A DNA stretch of 32,000 nt, taken from positions 1 through 32,000 of the forward strand of contig CAZTZI010000176.1 in assembly GCA_964618115.1 (NCBI GenBank). The letters run 5' to 3'. The stretch comes from an uncultured Acidimicrobiales bacterium. GTDB lineage: Bacteria; Actinomycetota; Acidimicrobiia; Acidimicrobiales; CATQHL01. A program made the position numbers and the translations under genes. Shown here one piece after another: positions 17,113-25,320 of this stretch (within the stretch, counting starts at the first letter, position 1; every line of letters starts with the position of its first letter). The notes under the pieces were generated by a model. The model saw only the letters and a program-made list of their open reading frames with translations. It was not told the DNA's origin and did no database searches.

Positions 17113-18357
17113 GTGGCCGAGCCGGTGTACGTGCTGGTGGACACCGCGATCGTGGGTCATCTGGGCACGCCGCAGCTCGCCGGTCTGGCGCTGGCGGGCC
17201 AACTGCTGCTGAGCGTCTACGCCCTGTTCATCTTCCTGGCCTACGGCACCACGGCGGCCGTGGCACGCCTGCTGGGCGCGGGCCGGGCGGCCGATGCCGC
17301 CCAGTGGGGGGTGCAGGCGCTGCTGATGGCGCTGGTCGCCGGCGTCGCCTCCGGCGCCCTGCTGTACGGCCTGTCCGATCCGCTGCTGAGGTTGCTGGGC
17401 GGCGAGGGCGAGGTGCTCGCCCAGGCCCGCATCTACCTGCACATCAGCCTAGCCGGCCTGCCCGCCCTGCTGATCATGCTGGCCGGCGTGGGCTACCTGC
17501 GGGGCGGCCTCGACATGGCGCGCCCCCTGAAGGTGGCGGCACTGACGGCCGCCGGGAACCTGGTTCTCGAGGTGATCCTGGTGTACGGGCTGGGCTTCGG
17601 CATCGGGGCCTCGGCACTGTCGACGGTTGTGGCCCAGTGGGTCGGCGCCCTGCTGTACGTGCGCTGGGTGCTGCAGGCGGCCCGCCCGCACATCCGGAGC
17701 ATGCGGCCCGACCCGTCCGTCCTGCGCCGGCTGCTGGGCACCGGCGGCTCGCTGCTGGTACGTACCGCCGCCCTGCAGGGGGCCTTCGTCGTGGCCGCCG
17801 CCGTGGCCGCCCGCACGGGCGTGGCCGACCTGGCGGCGCACCAGGTGAACTCCCAGCTGTTCGCCTTCTCGGCCCTGGGGCTCGATGCGCTCGCCATCGC
17901 CGCCCAGGCCATGGTCGGCACGATGCTGGGGGCCGGCGACGCCGCCGGAGCACGCGCCGTCAGCCGCCGTGTCACCTGGTGGGGACTGCTGGCCGGGCTG
18001 GCCGCGGCGCTCCTGGCGGTGGCGTTGCGTCCCGTGCTGCCGCAGCTGTTCAGCCCCGATCCTGCCGTGGTGGCGCTGGCGGGGTTCCTGATGCTGCACC
18101 TGGCGCTGATGCTGCCGATCAACGGCGTGGTCTTCGCCCTCGACGGCGTGCTGATCGGTGCCGGCGACCTGCGCTACCTGGCCGGCGCCATGACCGCCGC
18201 GGCCGCCGTGTTCGTGCCTCTGGCGCTGGGAGTGCGGCTGGCCGAGGCGGGGATCGGCTGGCTGTGGGGTGCTCTGGTGATCTTCATGGTCGCCCGGCTC
18301 GCCGGCGTGATGCTGCGCTTCGTGGGCACCCGCTGGGTTCGCCTCGGGGGCCAGTGA
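17113..18357 (+). CDS. MATE family efflux transporter (DinF-like); the true 5' end is probably upstream, around 16992, via a frameshift or non-canonical start
   Basis: At least 414 aa and multi-TM. It reads AEPVYVLVDTAIVGHLG and has a typical 12-TM MATE pattern. The same frame upstream encodes the conserved RQIFQLAIPAFGALV, but with no ATG/GTG/TTG before 17113. Confidence 0.8.
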   Translation: MAEPVYVLVDTAIVGHLGTPQLAGLALAGQLLLSVYALFIFLAYGTTAAVARLLGAGRAADAAQWGVQALLMALVAGVASGALLYGLSDPLLRLLGGEGEVLAQARIYLHISLAGLPALLIMLAGVGYLRGGLDMARPLKVAALTAAGNLVLEVILVYGLGFGIGASALSTVVAQWVGALLYVRWVLQAARPHIRSMRPDPSVLRRLLGTGGSLLVRTAALQGAFVVAAAVAARTGVADLAAHQVNSQLFAFSALGLDALAIAAQAMVGTMLGAGDAAGARAVSRRVTWWGLLAGLAAALLAVALRPVLPQLFSPDPAVVALAGFLMLHLALMLPINGVVFALDGVLIGAGDLRYLAGAMTAAAAVFVPLALGVRLAEAGIGWLWGALVIFMVARLAGVMLRFVGTRWVRLGGQ

Positions 18358-18482
18358 GGGCTGACCGCGTGGTCCGCCACACCGGCGGCCGCCGTCCTCG
18401 CAAGAACTCGCCCCGGCGTGCGCGCTCCGTCCTGTCGCCGGCGGCGACGGTCAGTCGGCCGTGCAGCCTCCGCCAGTGGCGG

Positions 18483-20351
18483 TCAGTCCGCCGGCCACGC
18501 TCCGCCGGTGAGGTTGTCGACACACGCGCGCGGCTCGCGTGCGACATGCGCGAAGTCGTCGAAAGCGGGTATGGGTTCGAGCTCGCGGCGATCCATGTCC
18601 CGCATCACGAGGGCGGCCTCCCTGCCGCGGCCCGAGCGCCGGGCCGCGGTGATCCTCCGCTGGAAGCACTGTTCGCAGTCCGGGGTGACGGCGAGTCCCC
18701 GAAGCGTCGCCCAGCGGGCGACATCGTTGCGCCCCAGTTCCAGAGCCACGTCAGCGAGTCCGTGGGCTGTGCTGTCCACGAGATATTCGACGTGACTGCG
18801 CCAGGATGCATCGGCCCAGGAGAACGTCCCGCCACTGCCACCGCCGAAGGGGATGCCCCGCACCAGCCACAGGGCGGCGCGCAGGCACTCCAGCGCCAGG
18901 TGCGCCGGCACCTGCTCGGCCAGGCGGCGCCAGGCGGTGAACCGCTCCAGATCGGTCGTCACCTCTGCCGACAGCCGATACACGCCTTCGGCGCTGACGC
19001 GGGAAAGGTAGGGATCACCGTCGGCACCCCGACCGAGGCAGACGCGGGCTCGCGATACCACGTTGGCGAACGACTTACGGCTCGGCGCGGGCTCGCTGCG
19101 AGGCCACAGCCAGTAACGAAGCCGGTCGGCGGTCGCGCCGTCGCGGTGGAAGGCGAGATAGCAGGCCAGGTCCAGCGCCCGCTGCGAGGTGAACGGCGAC
19201 AGCACTCCCACTACTTGGACGACACCCAGGACCTGTAGCTCCACCGGACCGGGCGCCACCTCGGCCATATCGGCACCGAGGCGGACGTCAGGCGGTTCGC
19301 CCGTCCATCCGTACCCGCCGATTCCCGGACACGGTGCCGCCCGGAACGCCGAGCGCCGGCCTCCCCGAGCGGCATCTGCTTGCCCGCCCCATCCCGCCAT
19401 GGAGTTTGCCGGTGTCTCAGAGGACCGTTGCAGACCGCCGAAGGGGGAATCCGCCGGTTGCGGCGGCAGGGCCCAGGATTGACCGATCTCCAGATCGACG
19501 CCGACGGGCTCCCAGCGAAGTCGATGCCCGGTCATCTTGAACGCCCAGTCACGGCTCAGCGTCGGACGCCCGGCCCCGCGGCGTGCTGCCGGGTTGTGCT
19601 CGCCACCTGCTGTCACGACCACGAGTCCGGGACCGGCGAGGGCGCGAAGACGTTCCCGCGTCGCAGGATCCCGGGCGTACGGATCGATTATCACCAGGGG
19701 AGACGGGACGCCGCGCACCCCGCGCACTCGCAACTCCGGGAGCGCGGCGCGGCGTGTCTCGGTGCTTCGAACCCGCGCCCTGTGCACCTCGGCGTCGGCC
19801 AGCGCCTGGCGTGGTGATTCGACAATGCGGACCTTGTCAAGGCCGGCGAGTTGCGACGCCCAGTTCACACAGACGATCCGCGCACGGCCGCCGAAGTGAT
19901 CGGCCGCAATCTCCACGGCCAGCGAGTCGACCAGCGCCAGGACATCGGTGGGTTCGCCGAGTACCTCGACCGCGCCGAGTTCCTCGAGGTTGCCCAGCAC
20001 GAGCGACCCGTCCGAGCGGAGGTGACCCAACGGCACCAGCAGCGGCCACGGCATGCCCTGCGAAGGCAGCACGTCGGGTGCGCCAACAGCCGAGCGATCG
20101 ATCAGCCAGGTCATCCCGTCGTCGATGGCTTCGAACCCCTCGGCCGTATCCAACCTCGGCTCGCCCAGGAGGAGGCCGACCGATCGGGTCGTGGCGGTTA
20201 CCGCCACGACCCGCGGGAGAGGACGTCCTTTCAACCGTTCCGGCATGCCGGCCACGAGGTGTAGGAGTTCGTGACCGAGTCCACTCCGAGCTCCGGCGGT
20301 GCCGGTGTCGGACGTGCTCGTCGAGTCGGATGGTGCTGTGGCTCTTTGCAC
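18483..20351 (-). CDS. SARP/AfsR-like protein: unrecognised N-terminal region of about 360 aa, then an OmpR-type winged helix and a BTAD domain
   Basis: 622 aa. GTG start with GAAGGAGGGG SD. The C-terminal half reads VELQVLGVVQVVG...RALDLACYLAFHRDGATADRLRYWLWP...VVSRARVCLG...GVYRLSAEVTTDLERF...AALWLVRGIPF..., the SARP wHTH+BTAD pattern. No Walker A motif was seen. Confidence 0.6.
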   Translation of the reverse strand: MQRATAPSDSTSTSDTGTAGARSGLGHELLHLVAGMPERLKGRPLPRVVAVTATTRSVGLLLGEPRLDTAEGFEAIDDGMTWLIDRSAVGAPDVLPSQGMPWPLLVPLGHLRSDGSLVLGNLEELGAVEVLGEPTDVLALVDSLAVEIAADHFGGRARIVCVNWASQLAGLDKVRIVESPRQALADAEVHRARVRSTETRRAALPELRVRGVRGVPSPLVIIDPYARDPATRERLRALAGPGLVVVTAGGEHNPAARRGAGRPTLSRDWAFKMTGHRLRWEPVGVDLEIGQSWALPPQPADSPFGGLQRSSETPANSMAGWGGQADAARGGRRSAFRAAPCPGIGGYGWTGEPPDVRLGADMAEVAPGPVELQVLGVVQVVGVLSPFTSQRALDLACYLAFHRDGATADRLRYWLWPRSEPAPSRKSFANVVSRARVCLGRGADGDPYLSRVSAEGVYRLSAEVTTDLERFTAWRRLAEQVPAHLALECLRAALWLVRGIPFGGGSGGTFSWADASWRSHVEYLVDSTAHGLADVALELGRNDVARWATLRGLAVTPDCEQCFQRRITAARRSGRGREAALVMRDMDRRELEPIPAFDDFAHVAREPRACVDNLTGGAWPAD

Positions 20352-20408
20352 CTTCGCCCCTCCTTCCCCTGGCCGGCTAGGCGGGAGCCTTGCCCGAAGC
20401 GGGTGAAT

Positions 20409-21761
20409 CTACCCGGAGCTATGCTGAGGCGAACTATTCGGATCGCCGGAGTAATCATGCATGCCTCCGGCCGGCCCGGACGAGACTTGCGGGGCGGGCG
20501 TCGGGAGGCGAAGTCGCCAACCCGGATGTATGAGGTTCGGATCCCGGAGAGTGCCGCCGCCGGGCAGTGGCCCGGTGTTCAGGTCGAAGATGTCCTCCCA
20601 GCGCAGGGCATCGCCCAAGTGCTTCTCGGCCAGGAGCCACAGCGAGTCGCCGGGCTTCACAACGACCCAGCCGGACGTCCCGATCTCCGCCGCTTCGCCT
20701 CGCTCGTCCGACAATCGATCCGCATCCGCGACCGGATCACCATCGGCGATGCTGGGTTCCGAACGCGCCCCCGTCCCGGGTTCGCCGCTGACGTCGGGCA
20801 CGGGTGGAGTGTCCGGCGACGTCACGGCGTTCGAGGCCCTTGCACCAGCAGCGGCGGGAGCATTGAGCGGCTGTACCGCTCCTGGGGACTCATCCCCCGC
20901 GGCGGGATCGGCCACTGGAATCGGGAGCGCCACCGATGGCCGGAGTGGCGCCCCGGATACCCGCTCGACGGGGAGCACTTCAGCGAGGAGCCGATGCGCC
21001 AACGGTGACGACTCGAGAGGAGTGCCGAGCGTCGCCGGCGCTACCTCATGCATCGGTGCCGAAGACACCGGCGGAGACCCCTGAACGGATGACGCCGTCC
21101 GGTCCACCGGGGGTGCCAGGATCGGAGCGGTTGACTCGGGCGCAGATTCGGGCATCCGCGGGACCGAAGGCGTTGTCGACGCACCCGGCGGCGGCGCCAG
21201 GATCGGAGGGGGCGGCGCTGCGGGAGCCACAGCCGGAGACGGCGCGCCGAGCGATTCCGGCCCCGGTGCGCCGCTGGCGGAGGGCGCGACGGCGATCTCT
21301 CCGGCGCCTGCCCGCACCGGCTCCGCGGCGGTCCCCGGCACCGCGATACCCGCAAAGGACGGCGACGCGGCGACAACCGGCTGAGTCAACAACCCGAGAG
21401 TGCTCGCCGCGGTCAGCATGATTGCCACGAGCCGCACCACGAGCGGCTGCATACCGAAGGCGTTCAGGGGTAGCGCTTGAGCCATCCGCCCTCGGGAGGC
21501 GGCCACAGCTTCAACGGCGAAGGCGAGCGCGACCTGTGACCACCAGATCCAGACGACGACCGCAACGACCCCGATCGCGACGCCTGGCGGCACGACGCCG
21601 CTCTCGACCGCCGAGACCACCGACGACCATGTCGGCAGCGCCGACGGCAGCGGGTTGCCGACGAGTCTCACCAGGAACACCGGCACCCCGACAAGGAACG
21701 TGCCCAGCACCGCACAGGCCGCGGCGCCTGCCAGCACCGCATACAACTTGCGCTCGTTCAT
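20409..21761 (-). CDS. Membrane protein with a Pro/Ala-rich spacer and a C-terminal LysM peptidoglycan-binding domain
   Basis: 450 aa from MNERKLYAV (GAGGTGGAG SD). It has several N-terminal TM helices. The C-terminal VVKPGDSLWLLAEKHLGDALRWEDIFDLN...IHPGWRLRLP fits LysM. Confidence 0.7.
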   Translation of the reverse strand: MNERKLYAVLAGAAACAVLGTFLVGVPVFLVRLVGNPLPSALPTWSSVVSAVESGVVPPGVAIGVVAVVVWIWWSQVALAFAVEAVAASRGRMAQALPLNAFGMQPLVVRLVAIMLTAASTLGLLTQPVVAASPSFAGIAVPGTAAEPVRAGAGEIAVAPSASGAPGPESLGAPSPAVAPAAPPPPILAPPPGASTTPSVPRMPESAPESTAPILAPPVDRTASSVQGSPPVSSAPMHEVAPATLGTPLESSPLAHRLLAEVLPVERVSGAPLRPSVALPIPVADPAAGDESPGAVQPLNAPAAAGARASNAVTSPDTPPVPDVSGEPGTGARSEPSIADGDPVADADRLSDERGEAAEIGTSGWVVVKPGDSLWLLAEKHLGDALRWEDIFDLNTGPLPGGGTLRDPNLIHPGWRLRLPTPAPQVSSGPAGGMHDYSGDPNSSPQHSSG

Positions 21762-21847
21762 CTCCACCTCGCCTTTCGTCGTCTTTCGTCGTCTCGACTC
21801 GTTGGCCGGCCCGACCGGTAGCACCCGCCGCAGCGGCAGCCGCCCGG

Positions 21848-22378
21848 TCATCTCCGGGCGGAACTGACACCCCACGTGGCGCGCGCCTCGTCGGAGGCGC
21901 TGACGGTCACGTGTCGCTCGCCCAGCCCCAGCACGCGTACGCCGACGTCGCTGTGCAGGCGCACCGACGCCCGATCACCGCGAACGGTGACAACGGCGTC
22001 CAGGCCCGAGAGAGCGGCGACGGCGCGCGCCGCGGCGACGGCGGCGGGCGGATCCAGCCGGATCTTCCCGGTGGCCCGGTAGAACGTCACGTCGACTTCC
22101 TGGACGGCGGCGCGGGCCGCCTGCCGGGCGAGGTCCGTCAGTGCCCGCCGCTGGCTCCGCAACTCGGCGGAATCCACGACGATGCCGGCCGTCAGCAGGA
22201 ACGCCACGAACAGCACCGCCACGAACAGGCTGATCACGCCGTTCTCGGGCGGATCCGTCTCGCGCCACGAGCGCCGGGTTCGAGGGCCCCCGCCGAGAAC
22301 CCGCTGCAGCACAGGCGAGCTCCCGCCGCCGGTGCCACCACGACCGATGCTCCGAATCCGCCGCCCGCGCCGCATCAT
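21848..22378 (-). CDS. TadG-related Flp pilus assembly protein (TadE/G-like N-terminal domain)
   Basis: 176 aa. ENGVISLFVAVLFVAFLLTAGIVVDSAELRSQRRALTDLARQAARAAV matches the TadE/G-like N-terminal pattern. The ATG overlaps the upstream tadE stop (ATGA). Confidence 0.65.
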   Translation of the reverse strand: MMRRGRRIRSIGRGGTGGGSSPVLQRVLGGGPRTRRSWRETDPPENGVISLFVAVLFVAFLLTAGIVVDSAELRSQRRALTDLARQAARAAVQEVDVTFYRATGKIRLDPPAAVAAARAVAALSGLDAVVTVRGDRASVRLHSDVGVRVLGLGERHVTVSASDEARATWGVSSARR

Positions 22379-22800
22379 GTCCCGCCCCGGCGCCTGTCCA
22401 CGACCTCGGTCCCGGTCGCATCCAGCGTCACCGAGCCGGGCATACGCAGGAGCGTCAGATCCTCGAGCCGCGTGACGCAGCGGATCGTCACCGACACCGA
22501 CCCGCCGGGCCGGAGAGCCCGCACGTCGGTCCGGACGTCGAGTTCGGAGCACCGGACCTGTCGCCGAGCCAGCGTCGCCAGAACCACCCGCTCGGCTGCT
22601 CCGGTCGCCGCCGACGGGTACTGGCGCAGCGAAGCCGCTCGAGCCGCCTCCGCGGCGGCATCCCGCATCTCGCCACGTGTCTGACCCAGCCGCCACGCCG
22701 CCGCCACGAGCATGAGCGCCCCGAGCACGCCGACGACGACGATCGCGAACTCCAGCGACAGCACCCCTCGCCGGTCGCTCGATGACCTCGGCACGCTCAA
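22375..22800 (-). CDS. tadE: TadE-family pseudopilin
   Basis: 141 aa. RRGVLSLEFAIVVVGVLGALMLV carries the G/xxxxEF processing-type motif plus a hydrophobic helix. The TTG start (GGAGGG SD) overlaps the previous stop. Confidence 0.75.
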   Translation of the reverse strand: MSVPRSSSDRRGVLSLEFAIVVVGVLGALMLVAAAWRLGQTRGEMRDAAAEAARAASLRQYPSAATGAAERVVLATLARRQVRCSELDVRTDVRALRPGGSVSVTIRCVTRLEDLTLLRMPGSVTLDATGTEVVDRRRGGT

Positions 22801-23213
22801 CGCCGGCCCTCCGGGATGAATCGCTCGACGGGTCCTTGGACCCGGTGGCTCACTTCGATCGGCAGACCGGGCACGATCCGCGGAGCGCTTGCCGAGACGG
22901 CGACCATCACTTCGCCGCGCCGCACGGCCACATCGACGGCGAGGTCGCGCACGAGGCGCTCATCGCCCACGACCGCCCTCGCCAGAGCCGGAGCCACCGT
23001 CGGCGAGCCTCCGGCCACCTGGACCGCCTCGAGTACCTCGTCAGCGGCATCGGCCACCGCCAGGGAGGCGTTGAAGACCAGGCCGAAGTGGATCACACTC
23101 ATCACGAGAGCCAGCAGAACGCCGTACAGCAGCACGAATTCGGTGGTCACCGCACCGGATGCGGCCCGGGCCGCATCGCGACCGGTGACCGGCGGCAACA
23201 CGCGCCACCGCAT
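22797..23213 (-). CDS. tadE: TadE-family pseudopilin
   Basis: 138 aa. SGAVTTEFVLLYGVLLALVMSVI carries the G/xxxxEF motif plus a hydrophobic helix. It begins 24 nt downstream of flp. Confidence 0.75.
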   Translation of the reverse strand: MRWRVLPPVTGRDAARAASGAVTTEFVLLYGVLLALVMSVIHFGLVFNASLAVADAADEVLEAVQVAGGSPTVAPALARAVVGDERLVRDLAVDVAVRRGEVMVAVSASAPRIVPGLPIEVSHRVQGPVERFIPEGRR

Positions 23214-23215
23214 GA

Positions 23216-23236
23216 CCCGGTGCTGACGGCACCCGG
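23216..23236 (-). terminator. Stem-loop immediately after the flp stop (candidate attenuator or mRNA-stabilising hairpin)
   Basis: The plus strand reads CCCGGTGC-tgacg-GCACCCGG: 8-bp arms with one mismatch and a 5-nt loop. It fills the 24-nt flp-tadE gap. Confidence 0.3.
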
Positions 23237-23237
23237 C

Positions 23238-23483
23238 TCACTTGCCTCCCAGGAAGCCCTTGCGGTCGGTATTCACGTTCACGTTCGTCGGGATCTTGGC
23301 GGCCGTCTCGGAAGTGAGATTGCGAACCACGCTCACGACCACGATGGCCAGAGCAGCCACACCGGCGACCAGCAACGCCCACTCGGTCGTCGTGAGTCCC
23401 CGCTCGTCGTCTCGCAGCTTCGCCCTGATCCTCGACGCCGTCGCCGACAACCAGATCCAACTGCGGATGGACAGTTCCTGCAT
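23238..23483 (-). CDS. flp: Flp-family type IVb pilin
   Basis: 81 aa with strong SD GAAGGAGCAACCT-ATG. RG/LTTTEWALLVAGVAALAIVVVSVV fits the Flp G/xxxxE[YW] cleavage motif followed by a hydrophobic helix. The 221-aa ORF in the track is an over-extension into tadC. Confidence 0.8.
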   Translation of the reverse strand: MQELSIRSWIWLSATASRIRAKLRDDERGLTTTEWALLVAGVAALAIVVVSVVRNLTSETAAKIPTNVNVNTDRKGFLGGK

Positions 23484-23523
23484 AGGTTGCTCCTTCGGTG
23501 GTAGCCGTCTGCTTGCGGATCGT

Positions 23524-23550
23524 CCCGACGGGTTCGAGCATCCCGCCGGG
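23524..23550 (-). terminator. Stem-loop between the tadC stop and the flp start
   Basis: The minus-strand RNA is CCCGGCGGG-augcucgaa-CCCGUCGGG: a 9-bp stem including one G-U pair. It starts about 20 nt after the tadC stop. There is no U-tract. Confidence 0.3.
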
Positions 23551-23569
23551 CAGTCGCGGCCGGCGCTGC

Positions 23570-24457
23570 TCACAGCATCTCCAGCAGCGAGTTGAGCGCC
23601 GGATAGCCGACGAACATCACGAACGCGATCGCCACGACCACCGTGGGGATCGACATGCGCTCCGTGGTCGAATCGGCCTTCATGCGGGCGTTGGCCAGTT
23701 CCAGCGCGCTGAGCATCTCGGCCTTGCAGGCCAGCGCATCGGCGGGGCTGGCGCCCTGCTCGGCCGTGAGCCGGATCGTCGCCGCCAGTTCCTCCACGTC
23801 CGCCACCCCGATCTCGGCGGCGAGCCGCTGGAATCCCGCCGAAGGAGGCCTGCCGTTGACGCGGCTCCAGTCCATGGCGGCCTTCAACTCGTCGAAGGCC
23901 CAACCGCTGCCCACCGCGGCAGCCTGGTAGAGCGCCCCGTCACTGTGGCTGCCACCGGCCACCAGGATCTTGACGAGATCCATGTAGGCGCTGAGCGCCC
24001 GCAGGAACTCGTCTCTCCGCTCGGTGGCCTTCTTGCGCAGCGCGGCGTCGGCGCCGACGTACCCGCCCAGCACCCCCAGAGCGCCAAGCACCAGGAGGCT
24101 CCAGACCGGCGGCGCGAAGCCCACCAGGCGTGCGCCGTAACCCACGACGGCAAGAGCGCCGCTCGCCGCCAGGGCCCCGGACAGCTTGGCGAAGGCATGT
24201 TGCGCACCGCTGCGGCCGACGATGCGAAGATCCGGCGCCAGCGTGCCCAGGTCAAAGCCGAGGGACTCGACGACCTGCAGGGCGCGCCGCTCCGCCCGGC
24301 CGCGCCGGTCGGACGGCTCGCGGTCGCCATATGTGGCGTCCCGGCGCGGCTCGCGGTACTCGCTCAACGCCCGCAGCAGCGGCACCGGTCGTCGCAGCAA
24401 GCCCCGGCCCACGAGCCAGACACCGGCGCCGAGGAGCGCTCCCGCCAGCGCGATCAT
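23570..24457 (-). CDS. tadC: Tad secretion inner-membrane protein TadC (type II secretion system F family)
   Basis: 295 aa from MIALAGALLGAG with N- and C-terminal TM helices. It follows tadB, and its ATG overlaps the tadB stop (ATGA). It is the second of two paralogous GspF-like genes after the ATPase. Confidence 0.75.
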   Translation of the reverse strand: MIALAGALLGAGVWLVGRGLLRRPVPLLRALSEYREPRRDATYGDREPSDRRGRAERRALQVVESLGFDLGTLAPDLRIVGRSGAQHAFAKLSGALAASGALAVVGYGARLVGFAPPVWSLLVLGALGVLGGYVGADAALRKKATERRDEFLRALSAYMDLVKILVAGGSHSDGALYQAAAVGSGWAFDELKAAMDWSRVNGRPPSAGFQRLAAEIGVADVEELAATIRLTAEQGASPADALACKAEMLSALELANARMKADSTTERMSIPTVVVAIAFVMFVGYPALNSLLEML

Positions 24458-25320
24458 CGGGCGAGGCGCGCCAGTCCGGCGGCAGCCGGATCGAAGTACC
24501 GCACGGGCGGCTGCACCCGGCCGAGGCGTGCCAGCAACCAGAACCCACCCAGGAAGACCATGCCGATGCCCGCCAGCACGACCTGGCCACCGGCGCTGTC
24601 GTAGGGCGCCAGGTAACCGCGGTCCACCAGGTAAAGGCCACCGGCCATGACCGCCGTGGTTCCCACGATGAGCCGGGCCGAGGTGCGGTAACGAGCCCGC
24701 CCGGCGTCCGCCTCGATCACCAGGCGACTCCCGGCCCGGACGACCTCGGCCTGTGAGCGGAGCAGGGACACCAGATCCTGCGCTCCCTGGATCGACGCCA
24801 GGATGAGCGACGCGACGACCTTGTCGATGGCGGGATGGGCCACGTCGGCGGCGAAGCTCAGCAGCGCCTCGGGGAGTGGCCGGACCTCGAGTCGAGCGGC
24901 CAGTTCCTGCACCTCCCGCCGGATGGCGGCCGGCGCGGCGCTCGCCGAGCCCGCGATCGCCCGCTCGATGCCTCCGCCTGCGGCGAGGATGGCGTAGAGC
25001 ATCTCGATCCAGCCGGCGATGGCGTCGCCGCGCTCGCTGATGGCGCGCAGCCCTTTGCCCTTGCCGAATCGCCCGGCGAACAGCACGATCCCGGCCGCCA
25101 CGAGCGCGCCGGCGCTCAACCATCCCGTGACGGCGAAGATCAGGACTCCGGCAGCGACCGCGATCGAGAAACGGCGCAGCGCGGTCATCGATGCCTCCAC
25201 GCCGGCGGCGGTCCCTCGACGGCCCCGCGGGACCATCATCCGGCCCCCCAGGCCGGCGAGCAGGACCCAGAGTCCCAGTCCGGCGACCGCGCCGCAACCC
25301 AGGAGCGGCAGATCGTTCAC
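24454..25320 (-). CDS. tadB: Tad secretion inner-membrane protein TadB (type II secretion system F family)
   Basis: 288 aa from GTG (VNDLPLLGCGAVAGLGLWVLL), overlapping the tadA stop (GTGA). It has TM helices at both ends and a GspF-like helical core. Confidence 0.75.
   Translation of the reverse strand: MNDLPLLGCGAVAGLGLWVLLAGLGGRMMVPRGRRGTAAGVEASMTALRRFSIAVAAGVLIFAVTGWLSAGALVAAGIVLFAGRFGKGKGLRAISERGDAIAGWIEMLYAILAAGGGIERAIAGSASAAPAAIRREVQELAARLEVRPLPEALLSFAADVAHPAIDKVVASLILASIQGAQDLVSLLRSQAEVVRAGSRLVIEADAGRARYRTSARLIVGTTAVMAGGLYLVDRGYLAPYDSAGGQVVLAGIGMVFLGGFWLLARLGRVQPPVRYFDPAAAGLARLAR

Noticed and set aside
16950-19238. 762-aa plus-strand ORF spanning the MATE gene and part of the SARP-like gene
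   Set aside because: It is out of frame with the clearly recognisable MATE protein, antisense to the SARP-like gene, and extremely Arg/Gly/Pro/Ala-rich. It is a shadow ORF. Only its first 12-25 codons or so (ATG 16992) may matter, as the displaced start of the MATE gene.
23238-23903. 221-aa version of the flp ORF
   Set aside because: The long form overlaps the tadC C-terminus in another frame and is Arg/Gly-rich. The internal ATG at 23483 has a strong SD and yields an 81-aa protein with the Flp G/xxxxEW motif.
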